Shown: positions 1-9,574, numbered from the stretch's first letter. The stretch: 32,000 bases of DNA from Candidatus Saccharimonadota bacterium (GCF_000582535.1 NZ_CP006932.1:540001-572000); one strand, 5' to 3'. Notes: generated from the sequence alone by a model not told the origin. Made by a program: numbers and translations.

Positions 1-2
1 GT

Positions 3-164
3 TTATTTTGTTTCTTTATGTAAGGTTATTTTATTACAACTTTTGCAATATTTCTTAAGTTCTAGTTTTTCTGTAGTTCCTAAAGATTTATTAACAATAT
101 AGTTTCTCGCAAAACATTCACTGCAGGCTAAAGTAACTTTATTTTTTCCTTTTTTATTTTTCAT
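3..164 (-). CDS. rpmG: 50S ribosomal protein L33
   Basis: Absent from the ORF track (53 aa). ATG at 164, TAA at 3-5. Translation [53 protein letters not shown] has the L33 CxxC...CxxC zinc ribbon and the HKETK C-terminus. It lies downstream of a sigH-like gene, as in Firmicutes. Confidence 0.9.
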   Translation of the reverse strand: MKNKKGKNKVTLACSECFARNYIVNKSLGTTEKLELKKYCKSCNKITLHKETK

Positions 165-230
165 CTATTTTTAAATTTAATACTTAAATTATATAAAATT
201 TGAAACTTTTATGAAAATAAAACAACATAG

Positions 231-866
231 TTAGCCTATGTTGTTAAAATTATTTAATTTTTTTGTAATTTTTTTGCGATAACGATAAATAGTTTTTTCT
301 GGAATATTTAAATTCTCCGCAGTTTTCTTTACGCTTCCTTCTGTTTCTAGTAATTTTATTAAAATTTTACTTTCTTTTTCTGTAAAAATTTTAAAATCAA
401 TTGTTTTAAATACTCATGTGATAAAATCTTCTTCATCTTTAAAAATTTTTTCTCCTATAGAAGATGAACTAGAATCAGTACTATCAATTGATATTGCATA
501 ATTTAATAAAATATGATTTTTTGTTGTAAATTTCTTTGCATAATTTTTTAAGTCATATTCAATAAAAGTTTCAATATAACTTGCAAATCTTTTAGGTCCT
601 TCCAACTTATAATTTATTGTTCTTTTATAAAAACAATAAATTCCATATTGATAGTAATCATCAAATTTTAAAGGTGAATTTTCAAATCTCGATGCCACTT
701 TATTTGAAATTTTTTTAATAAAAGATTCATACTTAATTAGTAATATTCTAAAATTAATATCATTTCTATTATTCTTGTTATTTTGTATTTTTTCTATTAG
801 TTTTTTCTGTTCTTCATAATCTATCTGTTGATAATTTGTTTTTTCAAAACTTTGTTTAATTATCAC
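231..866 (-). CDS. Small sigma-70-family (SigH/ComX-like) alternative sigma factor candidate
   Basis: The 414-866 track fragment reads through TGA at 414-416 to TAA at 231-233 (211 aa). The GTG start at 866 overlaps the upstream rlmB-like stop by 11 nt. It has a region-2-like segment (DDYYQYGIYCFYKRTINYK) and a C-terminal HTH (FTEKESKILIKLLETEGSVKKTAENLNIPEKTIYRYRKKI). The order cysS-rlmB-[this gene]-rpmG mirrors the Bacillus cysS...rlmB...sigH-rpmG neighbourhood. Confidence 0.6.
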
Positions 867-1572
867 TTGTTAGAGCGTAAAGAAAAATACCAACCGAAGA
901 TGAAACATTAAGTGATTCAACTTTCGAGTCAATATTAATCTTTGATGTGTAATCAGATGAATTAATTAGTGATGAACGAATACCTTTGCCTTCATTTCCA
1001 AAAATTAAAACTAGTTTTTGTTTTAATTTTTTCAATTCACTTGGCTTATATTTTCCATCTAAAGTTGTTGAAACAATTCAAAAATTATTATTTTTCAATT
1101 TTTTAATTACGTTTGCAGATGAAGTTATTGTTAATATATCAATATCTAATCAAGTACCAGCAGATGCCTTCATTGCAATATTTGTTAGTTTTGCACTATT
1201 ATCTTTTGTAATTAAAATTCCATCAACATTAAAAGCAACAGCGTTTCGTATAATAGCTCCCAAATTTTGTGGATCTTGTATTCTATCTAAAAATAATAAA
1301 ATAGGATTTTTATTATTTTTTATTTTAGAAATTAATTGATCCAAATTAATTTGATTTGGAAGATCAATTTCAGCAATAATACTTTGAAAATTGCCTATTT
1401 CTGGAAATCTTTTTTTTCAATAATGAAAATCAAATTTAAGTACATTTATATCGTTTTGTTCTAATTCTTGATAAAAAGAAAAATGTTTATTTTTATCTAA
1501 ATAAACTTTTTTTATCAAATCTCGCCTTTTATAAAAAATTTCCTTTACGGAATTTATTCCATATATTTGCAT
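856..1572 (-). CDS. rlmB: TrmH/SpoU-family 23S rRNA 2-prime-O-methyltransferase (RlmB/YacO-like)
   Basis: ATG at 1572 (MQIYGINSVKEIFYKRR...). TGA codons are read as Trp and the stop is TAA at 856-858 (238 aa). SpoU motifs are present: LDRIQDPQNLGAIIRNAVAFNVDGILI, LIFGNEGKGIR, ESLNVSSSVGIFLY. Firmicute synteny places it after cysS. Confidence 0.8.
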
Positions 1573-1576
1573 AACA

Positions 1577-2746
1577 CTATTTTTTCATTAAATATTTTAA
1601 ATCAAATCCAAGAATCTCTAAATTAAAAATTAATTTTTGATATTCAATTTGATTAAATTCTTTATTTAGTTTTTTAACCTGCAACATTAAGTATGAAACT
1701 GCATTTGCAGTATCTAAATCATTTTCTAAGATTTTAATAAAATTTTCATCTTGTATTGATTTTGGCATTTTTTTATCGAAGATTTTATCATCAAATTTTC
1801 TTAAACAATTTTTAATCTTTTGCATCTGTATCTTTGCATTTTCAATAACATTTCGATTTATATCAATTGGTTTGCGATAATGACTTAATAAAAAAAGCAT
1901 TCTTAAGATCATTGGAGAATAATTTTCAATAAAATCTTTTGCATATATAATATTACCCAAGGATTTTGACATTTTTTTTAAATTGAAATTTATATGACCT
2001 ATATATAATCAAGCTTTTGCTAATTCATTTTGATAAATTGCTTCATATTGTGCCATTTCATTGATATGATGGGGGAAATATAAATCAATCCCTCCGCCAT
2101 GAATATCAATACCACTATCACCAAAATATTTTTCAATAAGATAAGAGCATTCAGTGTGTCAACCAGGTCTTCCTTTACCTCAAGGAGAATTAAACATAAG
2201 ACCTTGGTTTGTTTTTTTTCACAAAGCAAAATCATTTTGGCTATTTTTACTAATGATTATGCCTTGTTTACTTATTAATTCATCCATATCTATATTAAGT
2301 TTTGAATTATATTTTTCTCATTTATTTATTGAAAAATAAATACCATCAACAGTTTGGTATGCATAACCTAAATTTATTAATTTTTCAATAAATAATATCA
2401 TCCCGCTAATATTATCAGAAACTTTTGGAAGATGAGTAGGAAGAAGAATATTAAGTTTTTGTAAAAGATTAAGATAATTTTTTAAATATTTTTCAGAAAT
2501 TTCTTTTTCTGATTTTTTTTCAAAAATTGCACGATTTATTATTTTATCATCAATATCTGTAATATTATGAACATAAATTATTTTTTGTTTATTTAAAATA
2601 GCTAGACGATGCAAAACATCAAAAATAACAACTGATCTTAAATTACCAATATGCGGATAATCATAAACGGTTGGTCCACAAAGATAAATTTTAAGTGTTT
2701 TTTTAAATTCTATTTTCTTTTTTGTATAAAAATCCACTACTAACAT
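1577..2746 (-). CDS. cysS: Cysteine--tRNA ligase
   Basis: Track fragments 2318-2746 and 1577-1972 share a frame and are joined through TGA codons (389 aa). It has the HIGH motif (YPHIGNLRS) and the KMSKS motif (KMSKSLGN). ATG at 2746, TAG at 1577-1579. Confidence 0.9.
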
Positions 2747-2761
2747 AGTTTAATTATAAAT

Positions 2762-2799
2762 AAAAGTAGAAAAGTTTATCAATAAACGATTCTACTTTT
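2762..2799 (-). terminator. Long hairpin plus U-run 15 nt upstream of the cysS start (terminator or leader attenuator)
   Basis: AAAAGTAGAA...TTCTACTTTT forms a perfect 10-bp outer stem, with an inner GTTTAT/ATAAAC stem. On the minus-strand RNA it is followed by UUUUAUUUAU. Confidence 0.4.
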
Positions 2800-2872
2800 A
2801 ATAAATAAATTTAAAAACAATTAATATATCTAAAAATGATTAAGCCACGTAAATAATATTACTCGAACCAAA

Positions 2873-2995
2873 AAAATAAAAAAGAGCAACATTTATGCGA
2901 GATGCCAAGTATCTTAATTAAATAAGAATGCATAAATGCTGCTTTTTTTCTCTTATTTAATTAATAAATACAAGGCAATATATATATTATATATA
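2873..2995. repeat. Copy A of a ~120-bp duplicated structured intergenic element
   Basis: Positions 2873-2956 are identical to 3164-3247. The next ~40 nt differ from copy B by 3 substitutions and a 2-nt indel. It contains a 14-bp stem (AGCAACATTTATGC / GCATAAATGCTGCT) that pairs fully, with one G-U, only as minus-strand RNA. The stem encloses two small hairpins and is flanked by A/T runs. Confidence 0.85.
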
Positions 2996-3053
2996 TTAAT
3001 AAATTAATCTCATATATTGTAAAATTTTTAAATTATTTTTATAAAATAAAAAA

Positions 3054-3088
3054 GCAGGCTTAATCTTAATAAAATAAGATCTGCCTGC
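3054..3088 (-). terminator. Rho-independent terminator-like hairpin between the two repeat copies
   Basis: GCAGGC...GCCTGC stem with an inner ATCTTA/TAAGAT stem. On the minus strand it is followed by UUUUUUAUUUUAU. Confidence 0.55.
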
Positions 3089-3163
3089 AAAATCATTAAA
3101 TGCACTTAGGGGATTAATATCTTTTAAATATTTAATGAAACTTTTTGTTGCTCAATTAATTTT

Positions 3164-3284
3164 AAAATAAAAAAGAGCAACATTTATGCGAGATGCCAAG
3201 TATCTTAATTAAATAAGAATGCATAAATGCTGCTTTTTTTCTCTTATTCAATCATAAATACAAGGCAATACATATTATATATTT
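3164..3284. repeat. Copy B of the ~120-bp duplicated structured element
   Basis: Direct repeat of 2873-2995 at an offset of 291 bp. It starts about 27 nt after the DUF3800 stop codon on the minus strand. Confidence 0.85.
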
Positions 3285-3310
3285 TAGAAATTACTATTTC
3301 TCAAAATTAT

Positions 3311-4066
3311 TTAATTAATTTTAAAGAAGAAATATTTATTAATATTCTTTTGTAAAAAATCTTTTTTAATTAAATAATTATTATGATAATTTTTATCAAT
3401 ATAAAAATCTTTTTTGATTAAAGGTTTATGATAAAAAGTAAATCATCTCTCTAAATAAGAAATGAGATCTGCTATTTCAATTAATAAGTAATATTCAAAA
3501 TCTTTTTTACTGATAAATTTAAAATTTTTTGTTGTAATTTCCGAATTTAAAGAAATTTTAAAATTTCTTTTAAGCAAAAAAATAAGTTTTTGATCTAATT
3601 TATTACCTCGTGTTTCAACAAAAAATTTACTATTAAGTAGCAATTTATTTAAAATCAATTGATCAAGAAAAATTTTAATTCCATAAAAATAGGGATCTAT
3701 TGTTTTTTCTTGATATTTTTTATAAAGAGAATTTATATCTATTCTAATTTGATAGATTTTAAAATGATACAATTCTAATAAATTTAGAAATTTATGAATA
3801 TAAATTTTACAATTTTTATCGTAGCGAATTTTAAAATTAAAAAATTCATAACTATGAAAAATAAAATATTCTGTTTGAAAATATTTTATTTTTAATTCTT
3901 TAATTAACAAATTGAGATAATCAAAAGTACTTTTTTCAAATAAAATAAGAGTAATAAAATTTAAAATTTCATTTTTATTGAAATCTATTCTATATTTACT
4001 TTTATAAATTCTTTGTATATGATTATTTGTTATTCCAGATTCGTCAATTCCAATGTAATATTTCAT
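3311..4066 (-). CDS. DUF3800-like protein of unknown function
   Basis: The start was moved to the internal ATG at 4066 (MKYYIGIDESG...), because the track's N-terminal extension overlaps tRNA-Cys. The frame reads through TGA at 3443-3445 to TAA at 3311-3313 (251 aa). The N-terminal IDESG motif and the C-terminal LLIEIADLISY motif resemble the DUF3800 hallmarks. Confidence 0.6.
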
Positions 4067-4131
4067 TACATTAAATTTATAAAGAAAATTCTTTTTTTCA
4101 ATTTTTTTTATAAATTTAAATAAACAAAAAA

Positions 4132-4206
4132 TGGAGGCGCGAATCGGATTCGAACCGACGATCAAAGAGTTGCAGTCTTCTGCCTTACCAGCTTGGCTAT
4201 CGCGCC
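4132..4206 (-). tRNA. tRNA-Cys (anticodon GCA), CCA encoded
   Basis: Reverse complement: GGCGCGATAGCCAAGCTGGTAAGGCAGAAGACTGCAACTCTTTGATCGTCGGTTCGAATCCGATTCGCGCCTCCA. It folds as a cloverleaf with a 7-bp acceptor stem. The anticodon loop is CUGCAAC, the T-loop is TTCGAAT, and the discriminator is U73, typical of tRNA-Cys. Confidence 0.93.
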
Positions 4207-4276
4207 AGTTAATTAAAAATAATTAAAATTAACTAGAAAAACATATATATTATATCTTAAATTTTTTCAATAAAAA

Positions 4277-4303
4277 AGAACCTCTATAAATTATAGAAGT
4301 TCT
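4277..4303 (-). terminator. tuf terminator hairpin
   Basis: On the minus strand, AGAACTTCTATA-loop-TATAGAGGTTCT is followed by UUUUUUAUU, just after the tuf stop codon. Confidence 0.65.
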
Positions 4304-4320
4304 TTTTTCTTTTTATACTT

Positions 4321-5508
4321 TTACTGTAAAATTTCAACTACAGTTCCAGCGCCAACTGTTCTTCCACCTTCACGAATTGAAAATTTAGTATTTTTTTCAA
4401 TTGCAACAGGAGAAATTAATTCAATAATTAATTCTGTATTATCACCAGGCATTACCATTTCTGTTCCTTTTGGTAAAGTAACAATTCCAGTAACATCTGT
4501 TGTTCTTAGATAAACTTGTGGACGATAATTTGTAAAAAATGGTGTATGTCTTCCACCCTCTTCTTTTTTAAGAGCATATATTTGTGCTGTAAATTTTTTA
4601 TGAGGAGTAATTGAACCAGGTTTACATATAACTTGGCCACGTTGTATTTCTTTGCGATCAACACCACGAAGTAATAAACCAACATTATCTCCTGCTTCAG
4701 CATAATCTAATAATTTTCTAAACATTTCGATTCCAGTAACAATTGTTTTTTTAGTTTTGCTGCTCAAACCAACAACTTCTACTTCAGAACCTTCTTTGAT
4801 TTCACCACGTTCAACTCTTCCAGTAGCAACAGTTCCACGTCCAGTAATTGTAAATACATCTTCTACTGGTAATAAGAATGGTTTATCTTTTTCACGTACA
4901 GGAAGTGGGAAGTATTTATCGCATGTATCAACAAGTTCACCGATTGCTTTTTCATATTTTTCATCACCTTCAAGTGCTTTTAAAGCAGAACCATAAATAA
5001 AAGGTGTATTATCACCATCAAAACCATATTTTGATAATAATTCACGAACTTCCATTTCTACAAGTTCAATCATTTCTTTATCATCAATCATATCTACTTT
5101 ATTAATAAATACAATTAATTTTTGAATTCCAACTTGTTTTGATAAAACAATATGTTCACGAGTTTGAGGCATTGGACCATCAGTAGCAGAAACAACTAAA
5201 ATTGCACCATCCATTTGTGCAGCTCCAGTAATCATATTTTTAACATAGTCAGCATGACCAGGAGCATCAATATGTGCGTAATGTCTTTTTGCTGTTTCAT
5301 ATTCAACGTGTGCTGTATTAATAGTGATACCACGTTCTTTTTCTTCTGGAGCAGCATCAATTGCATCATAGGTCATTTTTTTTGCATAACCTTTTTTTGA
5401 TAGATAACTTGTAATTGCTGCTGTTAATGTTGTTTTTCCATGATCAACATGTCCGATTGTTCCAATATTAATATGTTCTTTTGAACGATCAAATTTTTCT
5501 TTTGCCAT
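4321..5508 (-). CDS. tuf: Elongation factor Tu
   Basis: Unmistakable EF-Tu sequence ([28 protein letters not shown]..., [12 protein letters not shown]). The start is taken at ATG 5508 rather than the track's upstream GTG at 5517. Confidence 0.98.
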   Translation of the reverse strand: MAKEKFDRSKEHINIGTIGHVDHGKTTLTAAITSYLSKKGYAKKMTYDAIDAAPEEKERGITINTAHVEYETAKRHYAHIDAPGHADYVKNMITGAAQMDGAILVVSATDGPMPQTREHIVLSKQVGIQKLIVFINKVDMIDDKEMIELVEMEVRELLSKYGFDGDNTPFIYGSALKALEGDEKYEKAIGELVDTCDKYFPLPVREKDKPFLLPVEDVFTITGRGTVATGRVERGEIKEGSEVEVVGLSSKTKKTIVTGIEMFRKLLDYAEAGDNVGLLLRGVDRKEIQRGQVICKPGSITPHKKFTAQIYALKKEEGGRHTPFFTNYRPQVYLRTTDVTGIVTLPKGTEMVMPGDNTELIIELISPVAIEKNTKFSIREGGRTVGAGTVVEILQ

Positions 5509-5636
5509 TTTTCTCACTTTCTTTAAATTATTATTAATTTAACAAATTTAAGATCTGTTAATTAAATACAATGACACTTAATATTATATATTATCAAATC
5601 TTATATTAAATAATCTAAATTTTCTTAATTAATATA

Positions 5637-5849
5637 TTAATTAATTTGACGAACCTCAAATTCTTCATTAAAACGTTTTTCAAGTTCTTTTTCAATTTTT
5701 GTTAAACTAACGTGACCAAGATATCTTAAGGTGTTTCCATTTTTAAAAATAACTTTTATATCATCTTTATTTTTATGTAAAAGATAATCCTCGATCTCAT
5801 TTGATGAAATTTGTAAATCTGAATTTCAACGTATTTGAAATTTTGACAT
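5637..5849 (-). CDS. Hypothetical small protein (70 aa)
   Basis: Absent from the track because of an internal TGA. A strong RBS (AAAGGAGAAGAGAAAATG) precedes ATG at 5849; the stop is TAA at 5637-5639. Translation: MSKFQIRWNSDLQISSNEIEDYLLHKNKDDIKVIFKNGNTLRYLGHVSLTKIEKELEKRFNEEFEVRQIN. No family recognised. Confidence 0.6.
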
Positions 5850-5872
5850 TTTCTCTTCTCCTTTATAATAAT

Positions 5873-6517
5873 TTATAAAATATTCTTAGAAATTTCTAGA
5901 TAATAAACAGATCTTTCAAGTTCAATAAATTTTTCTTCATATTCTGTTTTGATAATTTTTTCATTTGTATATTGATGTAAATTTGCTGATTTTTCAACTA
6001 TAAAAAATTTATCTTTTAAATCTTTATCATTTAAATTTTCAAGAACAAAGTTAAATAAATCTTTTTGATCAGTTTTAATTAAAATTTTTCCTTGATTTTT
6101 TAAAATTTGATGATAATAAATTAACAATTCTTTTGTAAGCAATCTTCTTTTATAATGTCTTTTTTTTGGTCAAGGATCTGGAAAATTTATAAAAATCTTT
6201 TCAATTGAATTTTTTGAAAAATAAGATTTTAAATTATTAATATCACCTAAAATAAATTTAAGATTATTTAATTTTAAATTTTCTATCCTTTTTATAGCTT
6301 TTACTTGAATTGTTGCGTTTTTTTCAATTCCAATTATTTTGGCATCTTTATTTTCAAGAGCAATCTCTGTAATAAATTGTCCTTTTCCATGTCCAATTTC
6401 AAGAAAAATCTTTTGATCATTTTTAATTCATTTTTTATATTTATCTTCTGAATCTAAAAGATTGTTTGATTTTTTTAAGTAATTTATTGCACCTGGTTTT
6501 ATCCGTACTCTTCCCAT
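5873..6517 (-). CDS. trmB: tRNA (guanine-N7)-methyltransferase
   Basis: Translation starts MGRVRIKPGAINYL and includes EIGHGKGQF and the FPDPWPKKRH motif (the W is TGA). The 5873-6142 track fragment extends upstream in frame to ATG at 6517 (214 aa). Confidence 0.88.
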
Positions 6518-6553
6518 AATTAAATTTTATCTTTTTTTTATTAAAAGTAAAAA

Positions 6554-6568
6554 GTGGGAAAATCCCAC
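6554..6568. terminator. Bidirectional terminator hairpin between uvrA and trmB
   Basis: GTGGGA-AAA-TCCCAC, flanked by A5 on one side and T6 on the other. Confidence 0.6.
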
Positions 6569-6574
6569 TTTTTT

Positions 6575-6594
6575 AAGTAAATGGCCATTTACTT
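6575..6594. other. Perfect 20-bp palindrome AAGTAAATGGCCATTTACTT
   Basis: The sequence is its own reverse complement. It lies next to the terminator hairpin in the uvrA-trmB spacer and could be a second hairpin or a protein-binding site. Confidence 0.5.
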
Positions 6595-6657
6595 GTAAAT
6601 CACCCCTTTTTTCTCCCGTTCTTCATTACAAAAAAGATTTTGATTTTACAATTAGTT

Positions 6658-6666
6658 ATTATAGCA
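6658..6666 (-). promoter_or_regulatory. Extended -10-like box TGCTATAAT (minus strand)
   Basis: The reverse complement of attatagca gives TGnTATAAT, 7 nt after the uvrA stop and about 140 nt upstream of the trmB ATG. Chance matches to this box are common in AT-rich DNA. Confidence 0.3.
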
Positions 6667-6672
6667 CGATAA

Positions 6673-9492
6673 CTATTTTAAAATATACCTAAGATATTTT
6701 CCTGTTTCAGAAATTTTACTATTTGAAATCTCTTCAGGGGTACCATGAGCAATAACTTTTCCTCCATGATTTCCTCCTTCAGGTCCCATATCTATAATAT
6801 GATCAGCAACTTTAATTACATCTAAATTATGTTCAATTATAAGAATTGAATCACCATTATCGACAATCTTATTTAAAACTACCAATAATTTTTTAATATC
6901 ATGATGATGTAATCCTGTTGTTGGTTCATCTAAAATATATAAAGTTTTCCCTGTTGCTTTTTTTTGTAAATAAGTAGCAAGTTTTACTCTTTGAGCCTCT
7001 CCTCCTGAAAGTAAAGTAGAAGAATGTCCTAGTTTAATATAATCAAGACCAACATCTTTTAAATATTTAAGTTTTCTACTAATTTTTGGTTGATTTTTAA
7101 AAAAGATATTCGCTTCTTCTACTGACATATCTAAAACATCTGCAATATTTTTATCTTTAAAAGTAATTTGTAAAGTTTCTTCGTTATATCTTTTCCCATT
7201 ACATTCATCGCATTTTACATAAACATCGGGAAGAAAATGCATTGGAATTCGTAAAATTCCATCACCTTGACATTTTTCGCATCTTCCACCTTTTACATTA
7301 AATGAAAATCTTCCTGCAGCATAGCCTTTTATTTTTGCTTCATTTGTACTTGCGAAAAGTTCACGAATATCAGAAAAAACACTGGTATAAGTAACAGGAT
7401 TAGAACGAGGAGTTTTACCAATAGGATCTTGTGATATTCTTACAACTTTATCAATATTTTCGACACCTTTAATTGCATCACATAAACCAGGAATATCAAA
7501 ATGATTTCCATGCGAAGTCAGATTATGTAATTTTTTGTAAATTATTTCATTTACAAGAGTTGATTTTCCTGATCCAGATACACCAGAGACAACAACAAAT
7601 TTTTTAAGAGGAATTTTGACATTGATGTTTTTTAAATTATTTGCTTTTGCTCCATATATTTCAAGATATTTTTGCTCAGAAATATTTCTTCGCTTTTTCG
7701 GAATTTCTATTTGATCTTTTCCTGAAAGAAAATTTCCAGTATGTGTTTCTTTTTTTGCGACTTCTTCTGCTGTTCCTGTAGCAATTACTTTTCCCCCATA
7801 AATTCCAGCATCAGGACCAATATCAATTAAATAATCAGATTCAAGCATCATTTCTTCATCATGTTCAACAACAACAACAGTATTACCTAAATCTCTAATT
7901 TCTTTTAAAGTATTAATTAATTTTTCATTATCTCTTTGATGAAGTCCGATTGATGGTTCATCTAATACATAAATAACACCGGTAAGTTTTGAACCTAGTT
8001 GTGATGCTAATCTTATTCTTTGACTTTCTCCTCCCGAAAGAGTATTAGCCATTCGATTTAAAGTAAGATATCCTAATCCAACATTTATTAAAAATTTAAA
8101 TCTTGATTTAATTTCACTAATTACAAGATTTACAATTTTTAATTCTTGTTCACTTAATTTAAGATCTTTAATTCATTTATTTGCTTCTTCAATTGAAAGT
8201 GCAGTAACCTCAAAAATATTTTTATGATTAATTTTTACAGCAAGAGCATGTTGATTTAGTCTTGATCCATTACATTTATCACATGTACTTGTTGCAAAAA
8301 ATTGTTTATAATAGTTTCTTGCAAAATCTGATGCTGTTTCAAGATTTAATCTTTCAATCATTGTAGCAAGTCCCTCAATATAATCATATTTACGAACTGT
8401 AAGAGATTTTGTTTTTACTTTAAAATTAATTGGTTCTTTTGAACCATATAAAATAATCTCTTGTTCTTTTTCTGTAAAGTCTTTTAATTTTTTGTCAAGC
8501 GAAATATTATATTCTTTTAATAAAACAATAAATTTTTCTCAATTATATCCTGATAATTTATCACCAAAATATTTAATTCCTCCCTCTAATATTGTTTTAT
8601 CTTGATCCACCATTTTTTCTCAAGTTACTTGCTGAATAAATCCTAATCCATTACATTTATTACAAGCTCCTAAAGGTGAATTAAAAGAAAATAATTTTGG
8701 TTCAATTTTTGGCATTGAAAAATCACCATGTTTACAACCTAATTTAAGAGAATATAATTCTTCCTTTTTTTCTGTAAGGTTTTCAACACTTACTAAACCA
8801 TCAGCATATTTTGTAGCTAACCCTAAACTTTCATAAATTCTTGATCTATTTTCTGTATTTAAGATAATTCGATCTACTAAGATATCAATTGTATATTTTT
8901 TATGTTTATCTAATTCTTCGATATTATCTAAATGTAAAATTTCATTATTTACTCTTATTCTTAAAAAACCTTCTTTTTTAAGTTCTGAAATTTCATTTTT
9001 AAATGACCCTTTTTTATTAGAAACTAAAGGAGCAAATATTTGCAATTTAGAATTTTCTTTTCAATTATAGATTTGATTAATAATTTGCGTAATTGTCTGT
9101 GATGATATTTCTATATTGTGAATAGGACAATAGGGAATTCCAATTCTTGCAAATAATAATCGATAAAAATCATAAATTTCAGTAATTGTTCCTACAGTAG
9201 ATCTTGGATTATTAGAAGTTGTTTTTTGATCTATTGCAATTGCAGGTGATAACCCTTCAATTGAATCAACAGCAGGTTTTGCTGTTCCTCCTAAGAATTG
9301 TCTTGCATAATTTGAAAGAGAATCAACATATCTTCTTCTTCCTTCATTATATAAAACATCAAAAGCAATAGAAGATTTCCCTGATCCGGAAACACCAGTA
9401 ATTACAATTAGTTTATTCTTTGGTAATTCTAAATCAACATTTTTTAAATTATTTTCTTGTGCATTTTTTATTATTATTTTATCGTTTATCAT
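6673..9492 (-). CDS. uvrA: Excinuclease ABC subunit A
   Basis: Four track fragments (9061-9492, 8620-9045, 8173-8361, 6673-8052) share one frame and are joined through TGA codons (939 aa). It has two ABC ATPase modules ([23 protein letters not shown] signatures) and zinc-finger CxxC pairs. Confidence 0.96.
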
Positions 9493-9574
9493 AGTCTTTT
9501 TTATTATAATTTTATAAATTATAGGTATTTAAATTATATATATTATTTAAATAAAAATAAAAGACAGAAAAATA

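Noticed and set aside
986-1339. Plus-strand 117-aa ORF, and similar antisense track ORFs at 2020-2235, 2154-2339, 4506-4703, 4757-4996, 5215-5400, 10500-10682, 13602-13799, 13672-13872, 13824-14078, 18440-18625, 21544-21768, 22252-22599, 25341-25547, 28234-28437 and 29245-29433.
   Set aside because: All lie inside, antisense to, or out of frame with well-supported genes (rlmB, cysS, tuf, metK, rpmE, argS, the HD protein, lacB, the pnuC-like gene and others). Their composition is low-complexity and Phe/Leu/Ile-rich, typical of shadow ORFs in AT-rich DNA. Several use TTG or GTG pseudo-starts.
2861-2869. actcgaacc as an att-type direct repeat of the tRNA-Cys T-arm.
   Set aside because: Only 8 of 9 bases match (7 contiguous). 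This is too short to distinguish from chance. It is mentioned within the DUF3800 finding but not called as a feature.
2890-2965. Mini-ORF inside each repeat copy on the minus strand (MHSYLIKILGISHKCCSFLF..., 20-24 aa), considered as a type I toxin-like peptide.
   Set aside because: It has no Shine-Dalgarno sequence, and its ATG is buried in the 14-bp stem. The two copies end differently. A short hydrophobic ORF is expected by chance in T-rich sequence. It is noted only as a remote possibility.
2873-3284. Possible CRISPR array or type III toxin-antitoxin RNA repeats.
   Set aside because: There are only two copies of about 120 bp, separated by about 170 bp. There are no short regular repeat-spacer units and no cas or toxN-like gene, so the geometry does not fit either class.
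2747-3310. Canonical T-box riboswitch leader for cysS.
   Set aside because: I could not find the conserved T-box sequence (AANNNGGGUGGNACCGCG-like), AG-bulge or GNUGNGA elements, or a UGC specifier context. The region is too AT-rich and contains no GGGTGG.
4067-4165. N-terminal 33-aa extension of the 3443-4165 track ORF (MIVGSNPIRASIF...).
   Set aside because: The extension is simply the reverse-strand reading of tRNA-Cys (4132-4206). The family-typical N-terminus MKYYIGIDESG begins at the internal ATG at 4066.
5509-5517. Upstream GTG start of tuf (MRKMAKEKF).
   Set aside because: EF-Tu proteins begin MAKEKF. The ATG at 5508 gives the canonical N-terminus, and the GTG is an artefact of the longest-ORF rule.
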